A stretch of DNA of 64,000 nt from Bacilli bacterium (GTDB taxonomy: Bacteria > Bacillota_I > Bacilli_A > RF39 > UBA660): positions 1,334-65,333 of the forward strand of contig JBMNER010000006.1 in assembly GCA_050948885.1 (NCBI GenBank). The letters are read 5' to 3'. A program made the position numbers and the translations under genes. Each line of letters starts with the position of its first letter. Position 1 is the stretch's first letter. Below are positions 40,479-50,324 of the stretch, piece after piece. Under the pieces are notes generated by a model that was not told the DNA's origin, searched no databases, and was given only the letters and a program-made list of their open reading frames with translations.

Positions 40479-41726
40479 ATGGTAATGAAAAAAAACGTAA
40501 AGAAAATTATGCGATTAATACTGTTTTTTTTCTTACTTGTTTTTATTTTTTTTCTAATTAATAATTATATTAAAAAAGAAGCCGATGATTTGTTTATGGT
40601 TGATTTAACTAATTATTCGCTTTCGGAAGTAAAGAATTATGCTAAGCGTTATGAACTAAAATTAAAGATTAATTATACATATAGTAAAATAGATAAAGAT
40701 AAGATAATAAGCCAAAATATTAAACCTAAAGCCAAATTTGCCCGTGGCGATTATTTAGAAGTAACGGTAGTAAAAGAAATAGATGATAAACTATGGGCAA
40801 AATACCAGGTTAATGAATTAGGTATGGTTCCGATTATGATGTATCATGGCATTTTTAATTTAAATAATAGTGATGTTGTTTATACCGGTGGAAATGTCGA
40901 TAGTGATGGTTATAATCGCACCACGGAGGCTTTTATTAATGATTTAGAGATGTTTTATCAAAATGATTATCGTATGATTAGATTAAATGATTATATTAAT
41001 AGTGAAATAGATGTACCATTAGGTACCAGCCCTATTATTTTAACCTTTGATGATGGGGCTCGCAATAATATTAATGTTTTAGGATATGATAAAAAGGGGA
41101 ACTTAATTATTGATCCGAATTCGGCGGTGGGCATTTTAGAACATTTCAAAAAGAAGTACCCTGATTTTCAAGTCACGGCCACTTTCTTTTTAAACGCTGG
41201 GTTATTTAATCAACCCCAATATAACGAAGATATTTTAAAATGGCTTATTAAGAATGGTTACGATATTGGAAACCACACTAAAAATCATGATAATTTATCT
41301 AAAATGACCAAAGATGAAGTAATGATGAGTATTGGTTATATGTATCAATTGTTTGAAGAGATAATTCCTAATCAGTATGTTAATATTATTTCTTTGCCTT
41401 TTGGATTACCAGATAGTAAGAATCATCAGCATTTCCCTTATATCTTAGGCGGAACTTATCATAATACTGAGTATCAGAATCTAACGGCGTTAAGAGTTGG
41501 TTGGGATGCCGATTATTCCCCATATCATCAAGCTTTTGATTGTACTTACCTTAAACGAATAAGAGCTTGGGATAATAATGGAGTTGATTTTGATATAGAG
41601 ATGGTATTTAATAATTTAAAACAGACACGTTATATATCTTCGGGTTTAAAGGATGTCATTGTTATTCCAAAAGAAAAAAGCCCTAATTTAGCGTCTGATT
41701 TAAATATGGAAGTTATTGAATATTAA
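40479..41726 (+). CDS. polysaccharide deacetylase family protein with an N-terminal TM anchor and PASTA-like domain
   Basis: NodB-type motifs ILTFDDGARNN and GNHTKNHDNLS. Membrane anchor LILFFFLLVFIFFLI. Confidence 0.8.
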   Translation: MVMKKNVKKIMRLILFFFLLVFIFFLINNYIKKEADDLFMVDLTNYSLSEVKNYAKRYELKLKINYTYSKIDKDKIISQNIKPKAKFARGDYLEVTVVKEIDDKLWAKYQVNELGMVPIMMYHGIFNLNNSDVVYTGGNVDSDGYNRTTEAFINDLEMFYQNDYRMIRLNDYINSEIDVPLGTSPIILTFDDGARNNINVLGYDKKGNLIIDPNSAVGILEHFKKKYPDFQVTATFFLNAGLFNQPQYNEDILKWLIKNGYDIGNHTKNHDNLSKMTKDEVMMSIGYMYQLFEEIIPNQYVNIISLPFGLPDSKNHQHFPYILGGTYHNTEYQNLTALRVGWDADYSPYHQAFDCTYLKRIRAWDNNGVDFDIEMVFNNLKQTRYISSGLKDVIVIPKEKSPNLASDLNMEVIEY

Positions 41727-41727
41727 C

Positions 41728-41756
41728 TTGCAAATAATTAGTTAGTGCGATATAAT
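41728..41756 (+). promoter_or_regulatory. sigma-A promoter of the valS leader
   Basis: TTGCAA (41728-41733), a 17-nt spacer and TATAAT (41751-41756). Confidence 0.7.
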
Positions 41757-41992
41757 TTAATTATTAAAATATTAAAAAAGCGGTGAACAAGAGGAGTAAT
41801 TAATTTTTATAATAGGGAATTAGTGGGTAGTGGAAACTAATTAAAAATTATTTGCTAGTCGCTTGGGAGCTTTATATCTGAATAAAGTAAGATATAACGC
41901 AGAAGCGTTAAAATGTTGAGGGCATAATGTAAAAATATTATGAACTAAGGTGGTACCGCGATAAAACGTCCTTAGAGAGGATGTTTTTTTAT
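41757..41992 (+). promoter_or_regulatory. T-box leader, valine-specific (candidate specifier GTA at 41887-41889)
   Basis: T-box core GAACTAAGGTGGTACCGCG at 41942-41960, then AACGTCCT..AGGATGTT followed by TTTTTT as the terminator. Confidence 0.85.
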
Positions 41993-42013
41993 TATATTGA
42001 AGGAGGATTAGCG

Positions 42014-44395
42014 ATGGAAAAAAAATATCCCACTAATTTAGCCGAAAAGGAAATACAAAAATATTGGGAAAAAGAACAACTATATAAATTTACCATGGAT
42101 GATCGAAAGATATATTCAGTAGATACACCACCGCCTACTATTAGTGGGAAATTACATATTGGCCATATATTTTCTTATACTCAAGCCGAAATAATAGTAA
42201 GATTTAAAAGATTACTAGGGTATAATATTTTTTATCCGTTTGGTTTTGATGATAATGGATTACCAACGGAAAGGTTAGTGGAGAAGGAACTTGGTATTTC
42301 CGCAAAAGATATGCCTAGAAGTGTGTTTATTAAGAAGTGTCAGGAGACTATCGTAAAATATGAAGAGGAATTTAAGAATTTATGGAAATCACTTGGTTTT
42401 AGTGTTGATTGGCATTTGCAATACGAAACGATAAGTGATCTATCAAGGAAAATATCACAAAAGTCATTTTTAGAACTGGCTAAAGCCGGCCATGCTTATC
42501 AAAAAGATATGCCAGTATTATGGTGTCCACTTTGTGAAACCTCTATTGCCCAAGCTGAACTTGATGCTATTGGACGGGATGCTTATTTTCATTATGTTAA
42601 ATTTAAAGTAGAGGGGACGGATTTAATAATAGCCACTACTCGTCCTGAGTACTTAAGCAGCTGTGTGGCTTTGTTTGTTCACCCCAATGATAAAAGGTAT
42701 AAAAAATATATTGGTAAAAAAGCCAAAGTGCCTTTATATAATTTTGAAATAGATATTTATAGTGATGCTAAAGTAGAAATTGATAAAGGAACGGGAATAG
42801 TAATGTGTTGTACATATGGTGATATTACTGATACCAACTGGCAAAGGCAATACAATCTCCCCTATAAAAAATTAATCAGTGCTGATGGTACCATTGATCG
42901 CGATGTTCTTTTTATTGGGGGAATGCATGTAAATGATGCCAGACTAAAGATAGTTAATTTATTAAAAGAAAATGATTTATTAGTAAAAAGTGAAAAAATA
43001 AATCATGTTGTCGGGGTACATGAAAGGTGTCTAACTGATATTGAAATATTACCATCAAAACAGTGGTATATAGATGTATTAGGTATCAAGGATGAATTAC
43101 TTAAGATGGGGGATAAAATTAAATGGCATCCTAGTCATATGAAAAATAGATATATAGATTGGGTGACTAATTTAAAATGGGATTGGTGTATATCAAGACA
43201 AAGATTTTTTGGGGTTTGTTTTCCGGTTTGGTATTGTAAGAAATGTGGTAATGTTATTTACGCTGATGAAAAAGATTTACCAGTTAATCCCTTAGAAGAT
43301 AAACCAAATGGAAATTGTTCTTGTGGTAATGATGAATTTATCCCTGAGAATGATGTAATGGATACGTGGGCCACTTCTTCAGTTACCCCATTTATAAACG
43401 CATTATATAAAGAAAGTGATGAAAGAAGTTATTTAATGCCAATGTCTATGCGATGTCAGGCTCACGATATAATTAGAACTTGGGCATTTTATACCATTGT
43501 AAAGAGTTATTATCATACTGGTAATACTCCTTGGAAAGATATAATGATTTCTGGCTTTGTGTTAGCTAAAAAAGGGGAAAAAATCAGTAAATCTAAAAGT
43601 AATGTCGTCGCATCACCGTCAAAGTTAATTGAAAAATATGGTGCCGATGCGATTAGGTATTGGACTGCTAGTAATAAACTGGGGACTGATACTTGGTTTA
43701 GTGAAGAAGATATAATCGCCTCTAATAGATTTTTAATTAAGCTATGGAATGCTTCCCGATTTGCCATTATGCAATTATCTGGCTATACCAGTGAATATAA
43801 GAAATTAATGCCGGTTGATAAATGGATTATTGAAAGATGTAAAGAAGTAACTAATAATTATATTAAATATATGAATCAATATGAAATTGGTTTAGCTAGA
43901 GGGGAAATAGATAGATTCTTTTGGCATGATTTTTGTGATAATTATTTAGAAGTGGTTAAAGAAAGATTATATCAAAGAGAAAAACACGGCATGGTGGCGG
44001 TTAAATCAGGTCAATACGCATTATATAGAGTACTTTTAGAAATTTTAAAGATGTATTCACCAATAGTTCCGCATATAACTGAATATATATATTTAACATT
44101 TTTTAAAGAGTATGAAGATAAGAAATCTATTACTACTTTAATTATTAGGGAGAACAAGGTTGAAAATGAAAGCCTTAAGTTTGGTGATATAGTTAAGGCC
44201 GTGTTAGAACAAGTTAGGAAATATAAAACGGTCAATAATATGTCAATGAAAGCCGAGCTTGATAAGTTAATTATTAAAGGTGAAGAAAAATATATTGGTT
44301 ATCTAAAACAAACAAAATTAGATTTAAAAGCTTGTACCAGTGCTAGGGAAATTAACTTCATTAGTCAAGAAAAATTAGAAATAGTAATTGAATAG
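42014..44395 (+). CDS. valS: valine--tRNA ligase, short type-2 (archaeal-like) form
   Basis: GAAGGAGG RBS before ATG 42014. TPPPTISGKLHIGH, FGFDDNGLPTE and KISKSKSN motifs. 793 aa with no long C-terminal coiled coil. Confidence 0.95.
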   Translation: MEKKYPTNLAEKEIQKYWEKEQLYKFTMDDRKIYSVDTPPPTISGKLHIGHIFSYTQAEIIVRFKRLLGYNIFYPFGFDDNGLPTERLVEKELGISAKDMPRSVFIKKCQETIVKYEEEFKNLWKSLGFSVDWHLQYETISDLSRKISQKSFLELAKAGHAYQKDMPVLWCPLCETSIAQAELDAIGRDAYFHYVKFKVEGTDLIIATTRPEYLSSCVALFVHPNDKRYKKYIGKKAKVPLYNFEIDIYSDAKVEIDKGTGIVMCCTYGDITDTNWQRQYNLPYKKLISADGTIDRDVLFIGGMHVNDARLKIVNLLKENDLLVKSEKINHVVGVHERCLTDIEILPSKQWYIDVLGIKDELLKMGDKIKWHPSHMKNRYIDWVTNLKWDWCISRQRFFGVCFPVWYCKKCGNVIYADEKDLPVNPLEDKPNGNCSCGNDEFIPENDVMDTWATSSVTPFINALYKESDERSYLMPMSMRCQAHDIIRTWAFYTIVKSYYHTGNTPWKDIMISGFVLAKKGEKISKSKSNVVASPSKLIEKYGADAIRYWTASNKLGTDTWFSEEDIIASNRFLIKLWNASRFAIMQLSGYTSEYKKLMPVDKWIIERCKEVTNNYIKYMNQYEIGLARGEIDRFFWHDFCDNYLEVVKERLYQREKHGMVAVKSGQYALYRVLLEILKMYSPIVPHITEYIYLTFFKEYEDKKSITTLIIRENKVENESLKFGDIVKAVLEQVRKYKTVNNMSMKAELDKLIIKGEEKYIGYLKQTKLDLKACTSAREINFISQEKLEIVIE

Positions 44396-44432
44396 GTTTA
44401 TTCAATTTAAATAATAACTTATGTTGGTTATG

Positions 44433-44441
44433 TGTTATAAT
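44433..44441 (+). promoter_or_regulatory. extended -10 promoter element upstream of proS
   Basis: TGTTATAAT (TGnTATAAT) lies 26 nt upstream of the proS ATG. Confidence 0.5.
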
Positions 44442-44467
44442 TTTTTTAAAGAGGTAGAGGTGAGAAA

Positions 44468-46168
44468 ATGCGGTTAAAAAATAGTTTTTTCTATACAATA
44501 AGGGAAAAAATAAAAGATGAGGAATCGACAAGTAGTAATTTATTAGTGAGAAGCGGGATGATTAAAAAATCCTCATCAGGGATATATATATATTTGCCAC
44601 TTGGATTAAGAGTGCTTAAAAATATAGAAAAAGTAATCCGTGATGAAATGGCAAAAATAAATTGTAGTGAATTAATGATGCCGAGTTTAATTCCCAGTGA
44701 AATTTATGAGTCATCTGGTCGAAAGGTGGCCTTTGGTAAGGATATGTTTTCCTTAAAGGACCGTTTTAATAAGAATTATGTATTAGGCCCGACACATGAA
44801 GAGTTATTTGCGATTGCCTCAAAAAGGCAAATAAGATCTTATAAAGACTTGCCGTTTAGTTTATATCAGTTTCAAACTAAATTTAGAGATGAAATAAGAC
44901 CAAGATATGGTTTAATTAGGTTACGGGAATTTACTATGAAGGATGCTTATACTTTTGATCAGGATTATGATGGTTTAGATAAGTCATATAATGATATGTA
45001 TAAGGCTTATATCAATATCTTTAATAAGTTAGGGATAAAGTATAAAATAGTAAAATCTGATACCGGGGTAATGGGTGGCTTATTATCAGAAGAGTTCCAA
45101 GCCATAACCGACATAGGCGAGGATTTAATTGTTATATGTAATAATTGTGATTATACTTCTAATATTGATATTGCCGAATGTATTTATCAAGGGAGTAATA
45201 ATAATGAGGCGTTAAGGGAAAAAGAATTAGTTTATACCCCTAATGCTAAAACAATAGAAGAAGTGGCGTCATTTCTTAATGAAGATCCTTCTAAGTTTGT
45301 TAAGACATTATTATATAAAGGGGATAATAAATTATATAGATGCCTGATTAGAGGTGATCATGAACTTAATGAAACTAAATTGAGACGGTTATTAAAGGTA
45401 ACAGAAATAGAAATGGTAGAGCCTAATGTGGTAGAGGATTTAATCAAGGTTAAAGTTGGTTTCTTAGGTCCAATTGGCGGCGATACTATAATTGTTATTG
45501 ATAATGAAATTAAGGGGATGAAAAACTTTGTAGTGGGCGCTAATAAGGCTGATTATCATTATAAGAATGTTAATCTAAATGATTTTCAGTATGATTTCGA
45601 GGGTGACATTAGAAATATTACTAAGGGTGATTTTTGTCCTAAGTGTAATAAACCAATCATATTTGAAAAAGGGATTGAAATAGGTAATACTTTTAAATTA
45701 GGGACTAAATATTCCGAGGCTAACAATCTATATTATTTAGATACCAATAATAAGTATAATCCTGTTATTATGGGTTCTTATGGAATAGGGATTGACCGCT
45801 GTATAGCTACTTTAGTGGAACAAAATCATGATGAGAGAGGCATTATATGGCCGGTTGCTGTGGCTCCTTATCAAGTGGCGATTGTAGTTGTCGATGTTAA
45901 TGATAATAACCAAATGGAAGCCGCTAATCATTTATATGATGAGTTAAATAATAATGGTATTGATACTTTATTAGATGATAGAAACGAAAGAATTGGTGTT
46001 AAGTTTAATGATATGGATTTAATTGGGATACCAATTCGTCTGACGATTGGTCAAAAGATTAAAAACGAGATACTAGAAGTGAAAACGCGAATTGGGACAA
46101 GTGTTGATATTAATTTTAACGACGTGGTAAATCATTTAAAAAAGCCGATAAAACTATCAAATAATTGA
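44468..46168 (+). CDS. proS: proline--tRNA ligase (bacterial type with INS editing domain)
   Basis: 566 aa with class II motifs (FRDEIRPRYGLIRLREFTMKD; GSYGIGIDR) and an inserted editing domain. Confidence 0.95.
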   Translation: MRLKNSFFYTIREKIKDEESTSSNLLVRSGMIKKSSSGIYIYLPLGLRVLKNIEKVIRDEMAKINCSELMMPSLIPSEIYESSGRKVAFGKDMFSLKDRFNKNYVLGPTHEELFAIASKRQIRSYKDLPFSLYQFQTKFRDEIRPRYGLIRLREFTMKDAYTFDQDYDGLDKSYNDMYKAYINIFNKLGIKYKIVKSDTGVMGGLLSEEFQAITDIGEDLIVICNNCDYTSNIDIAECIYQGSNNNEALREKELVYTPNAKTIEEVASFLNEDPSKFVKTLLYKGDNKLYRCLIRGDHELNETKLRRLLKVTEIEMVEPNVVEDLIKVKVGFLGPIGGDTIIVIDNEIKGMKNFVVGANKADYHYKNVNLNDFQYDFEGDIRNITKGDFCPKCNKPIIFEKGIEIGNTFKLGTKYSEANNLYYLDTNNKYNPVIMGSYGIGIDRCIATLVEQNHDERGIIWPVAVAPYQVAIVVVDVNDNNQMEAANHLYDELNNNGIDTLLDDRNERIGVKFNDMDLIGIPIRLTIGQKIKNEILEVKTRIGTSVDINFNDVVNHLKKPIKLSNN

Positions 46169-46178
46169 TAGTTTTTTT
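46151..46178 (+). terminator. intrinsic terminator overlapping the proS stop
   Basis: AAACTATCA-AATAAT-TGATAGTTT followed by TTTT. Confidence 0.75.
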
Positions 46179-46228
46179 ATCGACAAATAAACCAAAAGGT
46201 ATCGCTTATATTATAGTTGGTGAGTGAT

Positions 46229-46699
46229 ATGAAAATAAAAATCCTCCTTCCGCTTATTGTAGCTCTTCTTTTAGGTTACCTTTTTGGTTATTTTGTTTTC
46301 GAACAATATGACAAAAAACCGCTCTTAACCTTTAAACCAAAAACCACTGTTTATTTTTTACAACAAGGTGTTTATTCGAATCTAGAGTCTATGACCGATA
46401 ATACGCGGCGAATTGAAAACTATATTTATATTAAAGATGGTGATTATTATAAAACGTATGTAGCGATAACTAGTGATTCTAATAATATTAATAAATTAAA
46501 GGAATTATTTATAGCCTTAGGGAATGATATATATATAAAGGAACTACCTGTTAATAATAATCAATTCATCAGTATTTTAAAACAATATGATTTATTATTA
46601 AATCAGGTAACTGATTATGAAGGCATTACCACCATTACTAAAGAAGTATTATTAAAATATAAGGAGTTGGAAGTCGCTAATGGGTCATTTATTAATTAA
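46229..46699 (+). CDS. membrane-anchored SPOR-like domain protein (at the SpoIIB position)
   Basis: N-terminal TM helix, then YFLQQGVYSN.ES......YKTYVAITS, resembling a SPOR fold. It sits between the valS block and radC, where B. subtilis has spoIIB-maf. Confidence 0.5.
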   Translation: MKIKILLPLIVALLLGYLFGYFVFEQYDKKPLLTFKPKTTVYFLQQGVYSNLESMTDNTRRIENYIYIKDGDYYKTYVAITSDSNNINKLKELFIALGNDIYIKELPVNNNQFISILKQYDLLLNQVTDYEGITTITKEVLLKYKELEVANGSFIN

Positions 46700-47366
46700 G
46701 GAATTACCAGTTGCTGATCGTCCCCGCGAACGTTTATTGTCTCATGGAGCTTATTATCTTTCTAATACTGAACTATTAGCCATTATCATAAGAACGGGCA
46801 CCAAGACAGAGTCGGCTAAAAGTTTGGCGGTTAAAATTCTAAGAGAAGTTAATACTATTCAAGATTTAAAATCAATCACTATTAATAAATTAAAGGAAAT
46901 TAAAGGGATTGGAACAATTAAAGCAATTCAAATTATCGCGGCATTAGAGTTAGGGAGAAGAGTTTACAGTAATACTCTAACAAATAAATTAATCAAACTT
47001 AATACAACCCAAAGTGTTTATGATTATATGAAGGATTTATTTATGCATAAAAAACAAGAGCATTTCTATTGTTTATATGTTGATGCGAAGAAGCAATTAA
47101 TTGAGAAGCGGCTCTTATTTATGGGCACTTTAAATAAAAGTATTGTTCATCCCCGGGAAATATTTAAGGAAGCTTATTTATTATCCGCCACTAGTATTAT
47201 TTGTGTACATAATCATCCTAGTGGTGATCCTAACCCTAGTAAGGAAGATGTAGTTTTTACAGATAGTTTACGGCAAATTGGCCTTTTATTAGGCATAAAT
47301 ATTTTAGATCATATTATTATAGGTCATAATTGTTTCTATAGTTTTTTTGAAAATAAGCAACTATAA
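46680..47366 (+). CDS. radC: RadC-like JAB domain protein
   Basis: N-terminal HhH (RPRERLL..G...LS..ELLAI) and the JAMM motif HNHPSGDPNPSKED. Confidence 0.9.
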   Translation: MGHLLIKELPVADRPRERLLSHGAYYLSNTELLAIIIRTGTKTESAKSLAVKILREVNTIQDLKSITINKLKEIKGIGTIKAIQIIAALELGRRVYSNTLTNKLIKLNTTQSVYDYMKDLFMHKKQEHFYCLYVDAKKQLIEKRLLFMGTLNKSIVHPREIFKEAYLLSATSIICVHNHPSGDPNPSKEDVVFTDSLRQIGLLLGINILDHIIIGHNCFYSFFENKQL

Positions 47367-47386
47367 TTAGGTGGTGACTGTAACTA

Positions 47387-48223
47387 ATGCGTAAATTAGA
47401 AATAAAATATATTTATTTAATTATTCTGCTTCTATCTATTATTGGTTTGGGTGTTTTTTCATTATTAATTAATGATAAACGTGAGTTAACGTTTCTGGAA
47501 AAAGCCCTTAAGGATAGTGGGTTAGCTGTTTATAAAGTTATTTATCTACCCTTTAATTTTGTTAGTGATAAGATGGCTCAATATCGCGAAATAGAGACAG
47601 TTTATAAAGAGAATAAATTATTAAAGGCGAAAGTTAATCGTTATCATTTATTACAAGCTACCAATAATCAGTTAAACAGGGACTTACAAGCTTTAAAAGA
47701 AATACTACATCTTAATAATACTTTAACGGAATATGAATTAATTAACGCTACGGTTATTAGTCGCAATGTTGGTTATTGGTATAATAATGTTACAATAAAT
47801 AAAGGCTCTCGTCACGGAGTTAAGAATGATATGGCGGTTATTACCAATCAAGGTTTAGTTGGTAAGATAATTAAAACTTCGTATTATAATAGTGACATTA
47901 AATTAATCACCAATGATGATTTAAATAGTATGATATCCGTCGGGATTGAAGTAGATAATCGTTTAATCCAGGGCTTATTACGCGGATATAATCGGTCTAA
48001 TAACTATTTAATTATTGAAGGAGTAGTGGAGAATGTTACTTTTTTAAAAGGTGGGCAAGTGGTAACCACTGGTTTAGGTGGTGTTTTTCCAAGTGGCATC
48101 TTGGTTGGGACTGTAATGGGGGCGAAAGATGATGAGTATGGATTAACTAAAAAAGTGATGATTAAACCAGCGGTTGATTTTAATAATTTGTCTTTTGTTA
48201 GTATTGTGAAAAGGAAGGGATAA
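47387..48223 (+). CDS. mreC: rod shape-determining protein MreC
   Basis: TM helix, coiled coil and beta-barrel motifs (GLVGKII.....S.I.LI.D; VTTGLGGVFPSGILVG). Confidence 0.9.
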   Translation: MRKLEIKYIYLIILLLSIIGLGVFSLLINDKRELTFLEKALKDSGLAVYKVIYLPFNFVSDKMAQYREIETVYKENKLLKAKVNRYHLLQATNNQLNRDLQALKEILHLNNTLTEYELINATVISRNVGYWYNNVTINKGSRHGVKNDMAVITNQGLVGKIIKTSYYNSDIKLITNDDLNSMISVGIEVDNRLIQGLLRGYNRSNNYLIIEGVVENVTFLKGGQVVTTGLGGVFPSGILVGTVMGAKDDEYGLTKKVMIKPAVDFNNLSFVSIVKRKG

Positions 48224-48227
48224 GATA

Positions 48228-48737
48228 ATGAAAATTGGCATGATAGTATTAGTCATTTCTTTTTTACTGGATGGTTTTTTATCTTTATGGTTACCATTTC
48301 AATTTAATCGTTTATTTATTTTAAAAGCGATGTTTACTATCACTACTTTAGTCGTTATTTATCCGTATTTTAATCATAAAAATAGTCGTTTTTATCAAGC
48401 TGGTTTATTATTTGGTTTTTTATATGATATTATTTATACTAATACCTGGCCTTTTAATACCCTTGTTTTTTTATTGTTATGTTATCTTATTATCGTTTTA
48501 AATTATTTATTAGTGAGTAATATGATTAATCTATTAATTATGCAAATGGTGGTTCTAGTTAGTTATGAGTTACTTAGTTTTTTAATATTAAATATCATAG
48601 GTTATACGACTATTTATCTTAGTGATGTCATATTTAAAGCCACACATTCATTATTATTAAACTTGTTCTATGGCTGGTTATTACTGATGGTGTTAAACTT
48701 AATTAGTGATAAATATAAAATTAAGCGTCTTGATTAA
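48228..48737 (+). CDS. mreD: rod shape-determining protein MreD
   Basis: 169-aa polytopic membrane protein immediately after mreC. Confidence 0.8.
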   Translation: MKIGMIVLVISFLLDGFLSLWLPFQFNRLFILKAMFTITTLVVIYPYFNHKNSRFYQAGLLFGFLYDIIYTNTWPFNTLVFLLLCYLIIVLNYLLVSNMINLLIMQMVVLVSYELLSFLILNIIGYTTIYLSDVIFKATHSLLLNLFYGWLLLMVLNLISDKYKIKRLD

Positions 48738-48775
48738 AAGTATAAATTATCCATCCTACTCATATATATAATTAG

Positions 48776-49399
48776 GTGATAATAGTGGATAGTTTACAAG
48801 AAATAAAAGCCCGTATGAAAGGGCTAGTGAAAGCAAAAGGGACAAGTAGTCATCGTAAAGTTGGCTTTATTAAAATCTTTAATAAATTATTAATCGTGAT
48901 TATTTTAGTAATTAGTACTTTAATTTGGGCTCGTTTGGCTGATGGTAATAGGGCGTTATTAATGCATCATTTATTTGATAAGCATTTTCAATTTGCCTCT
49001 TTAAATAATACCTATACTAAATATTTAGGCGATGTTCTACCATTAAAAAATATTGGTTTGGTTAAAGATAAGGCCGTTTTTAAGGAACAATTACAATATA
49101 AAGAAGCCAATAAGTACCTAAAAGGCGTTAAATTAACGGTGGCTGATCATTACTTAATACCAGTAGTAAAAAGTGGCATTGTCGTTTTTATTGGTGATAA
49201 AGATGATTATGGTAAAACAATTATTATTCAACAAACTAATGGGGTTGATTTATGGTATGGAAATATAGAACAGATAAATGTTAGTATGTATGATTATGTG
49301 GAAGAAGGAATGTTATTAGGGGAAGTAAATGGCAAGGATTTATATTTAGTGTTTCAAAAAGGTGGCGAATTTTTAAATTATAAAGAGTTTATTAAATAA
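48776..49399 (+). CDS. spoIVFA: SpoIVFA-like protein (TM anchor + degenerate M23/LytM domain)
   Basis: C-terminal GIVVFIGDKDDYGKTIIIQQTNGVDLWYGN...GMLLGEV has the M23 fold pattern but lacks the catalytic His residues, as in SpoIVFA. It directly precedes spoIVFB. The start could be GTG 48776 or 48785. Confidence 0.7.
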   Translation: MIIVDSLQEIKARMKGLVKAKGTSSHRKVGFIKIFNKLLIVIILVISTLIWARLADGNRALLMHHLFDKHFQFASLNNTYTKYLGDVLPLKNIGLVKDKAVFKEQLQYKEANKYLKGVKLTVADHYLIPVVKSGIVVFIGDKDDYGKTIIIQQTNGVDLWYGNIEQINVSMYDYVEEGMLLGEVNGKDLYLVFQKGGEFLNYKEFIK

Positions 49400-50153
49400 A
49401 GTAAAGATTCACCCCCTTTACTTTTTAACGGCCTTACTAGTAGTTATTACTGGTTTATTTAAGGAATTTATAATCTTAACTATTATTATTATAATTCATG
49501 AATTAGGTCATTGCCTGGTCGCTTTATATTATAAATGGACAATAGAAAAGATAGAATTATATCCTTTTGGGGGTCATTTAGTTTTTAATAACAGTCTTAA
49601 TAAGCCACTAGGTGAAGAGTTTATGATTGTTATTTCGGGAATTGTAACCCAAAATATCTTTTATGGTTTAATTTGGTTTTTATATAATATTAATTTATTA
49701 ACCACTTATAACTTTAACTTATTTACTAATTATCACCTTGCTATTATGATGTTTAATTTAATGCCGGTTTTTCCCCTTGATGGAGCCAAGTTATTAAACC
49801 TTCTATTAAATAAATTTATGCCCTTTAAAGTATCGCACAAAGCAACCATCTATATCTCTTATCTATGGCTTTTTTTTCTTATTATCCTGATAATTAAATA
49901 TTATTATAATATTAATTTCTATTTAATTATAATTTTAATTTTAACGAAAGTAATCAGTGAACACAAAAGCCATGATTATATATTTAATGCTTTCTTATTA
50001 GAGCGTTTTTTAAAACCCGATGGTAATAAGAAAACATTAGTCCTTAAAAATAAGACCATTAATAATATGTTTCGCAATTATAAACATCTATTTATTATTA
50101 ACAGCCAATCTTTTAGTGAACGCTATTTATTAAAGATAAGATTTAGAGGTTAA
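49377..50153 (+). CDS. spoIVFB: SpoIVFB-type site-2 metalloprotease (pro-sigma-K processing enzyme), with no canonical start codon
   Basis: The frame is open from 49377 and encodes ..NKVKIHPLYFLTALLVV..IIIIIHELGHCLVA..LYPFGG.. upstream of the track start at 49623. An NxxPxxPLDG motif (NLMPVFPLDGAKLL) lies downstream. The 5' boundary is uncertain. Confidence 0.7.
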   Translation: MIKSLLNKVKIHPLYFLTALLVVITGLFKEFIILTIIIIIHELGHCLVALYYKWTIEKIELYPFGGHLVFNNSLNKPLGEEFMIVISGIVTQNIFYGLIWFLYNINLLTTYNFNLFTNYHLAIMMFNLMPVFPLDGAKLLNLLLNKFMPFKVSHKATIYISYLWLFFLIILIIKYYYNINFYLIIILILTKVISEHKSHDYIFNAFLLERFLKPDGNKKTLVLKNKTINNMFRNYKHLFIINSQSFSERYLLKIRFRG

Positions 50154-50195
50154 ATATTATGGTTTTGAATCAATATTATAGTTGACAATATTTGT

Positions 50196-50224
50196 TTGAC
50201 TATTACTGTCAAATATGATAATAT
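50196..50224 (+). promoter_or_regulatory. sigma-A promoter of rplU-prp-rpmA
   Basis: TTGACT (50196-50201), a 17-nt spacer and TAATAT (50219-50224), with TG at -15/-14. Confidence 0.6.
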
Positions 50225-50312
50225 TACTTAGTATGTAGCCTCGCTACAACCGCTCTGACAAGGTTTTAAACATTTGTAATGTGCCTTTAAGGCGAGTCTT
50301 GGTTTAAAAAGG
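50225..50312 (+). promoter_or_regulatory. L21-type ribosomal leader (candidate)
   Basis: About 90-nt structured leader (hairpin GTAGC-CTC-GCTAC and others) in the position of the Firmicute rplU leader. The fold was not verified. Confidence 0.4.
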
Positions 50313-50324
50313 AGGTTGAAAAAC

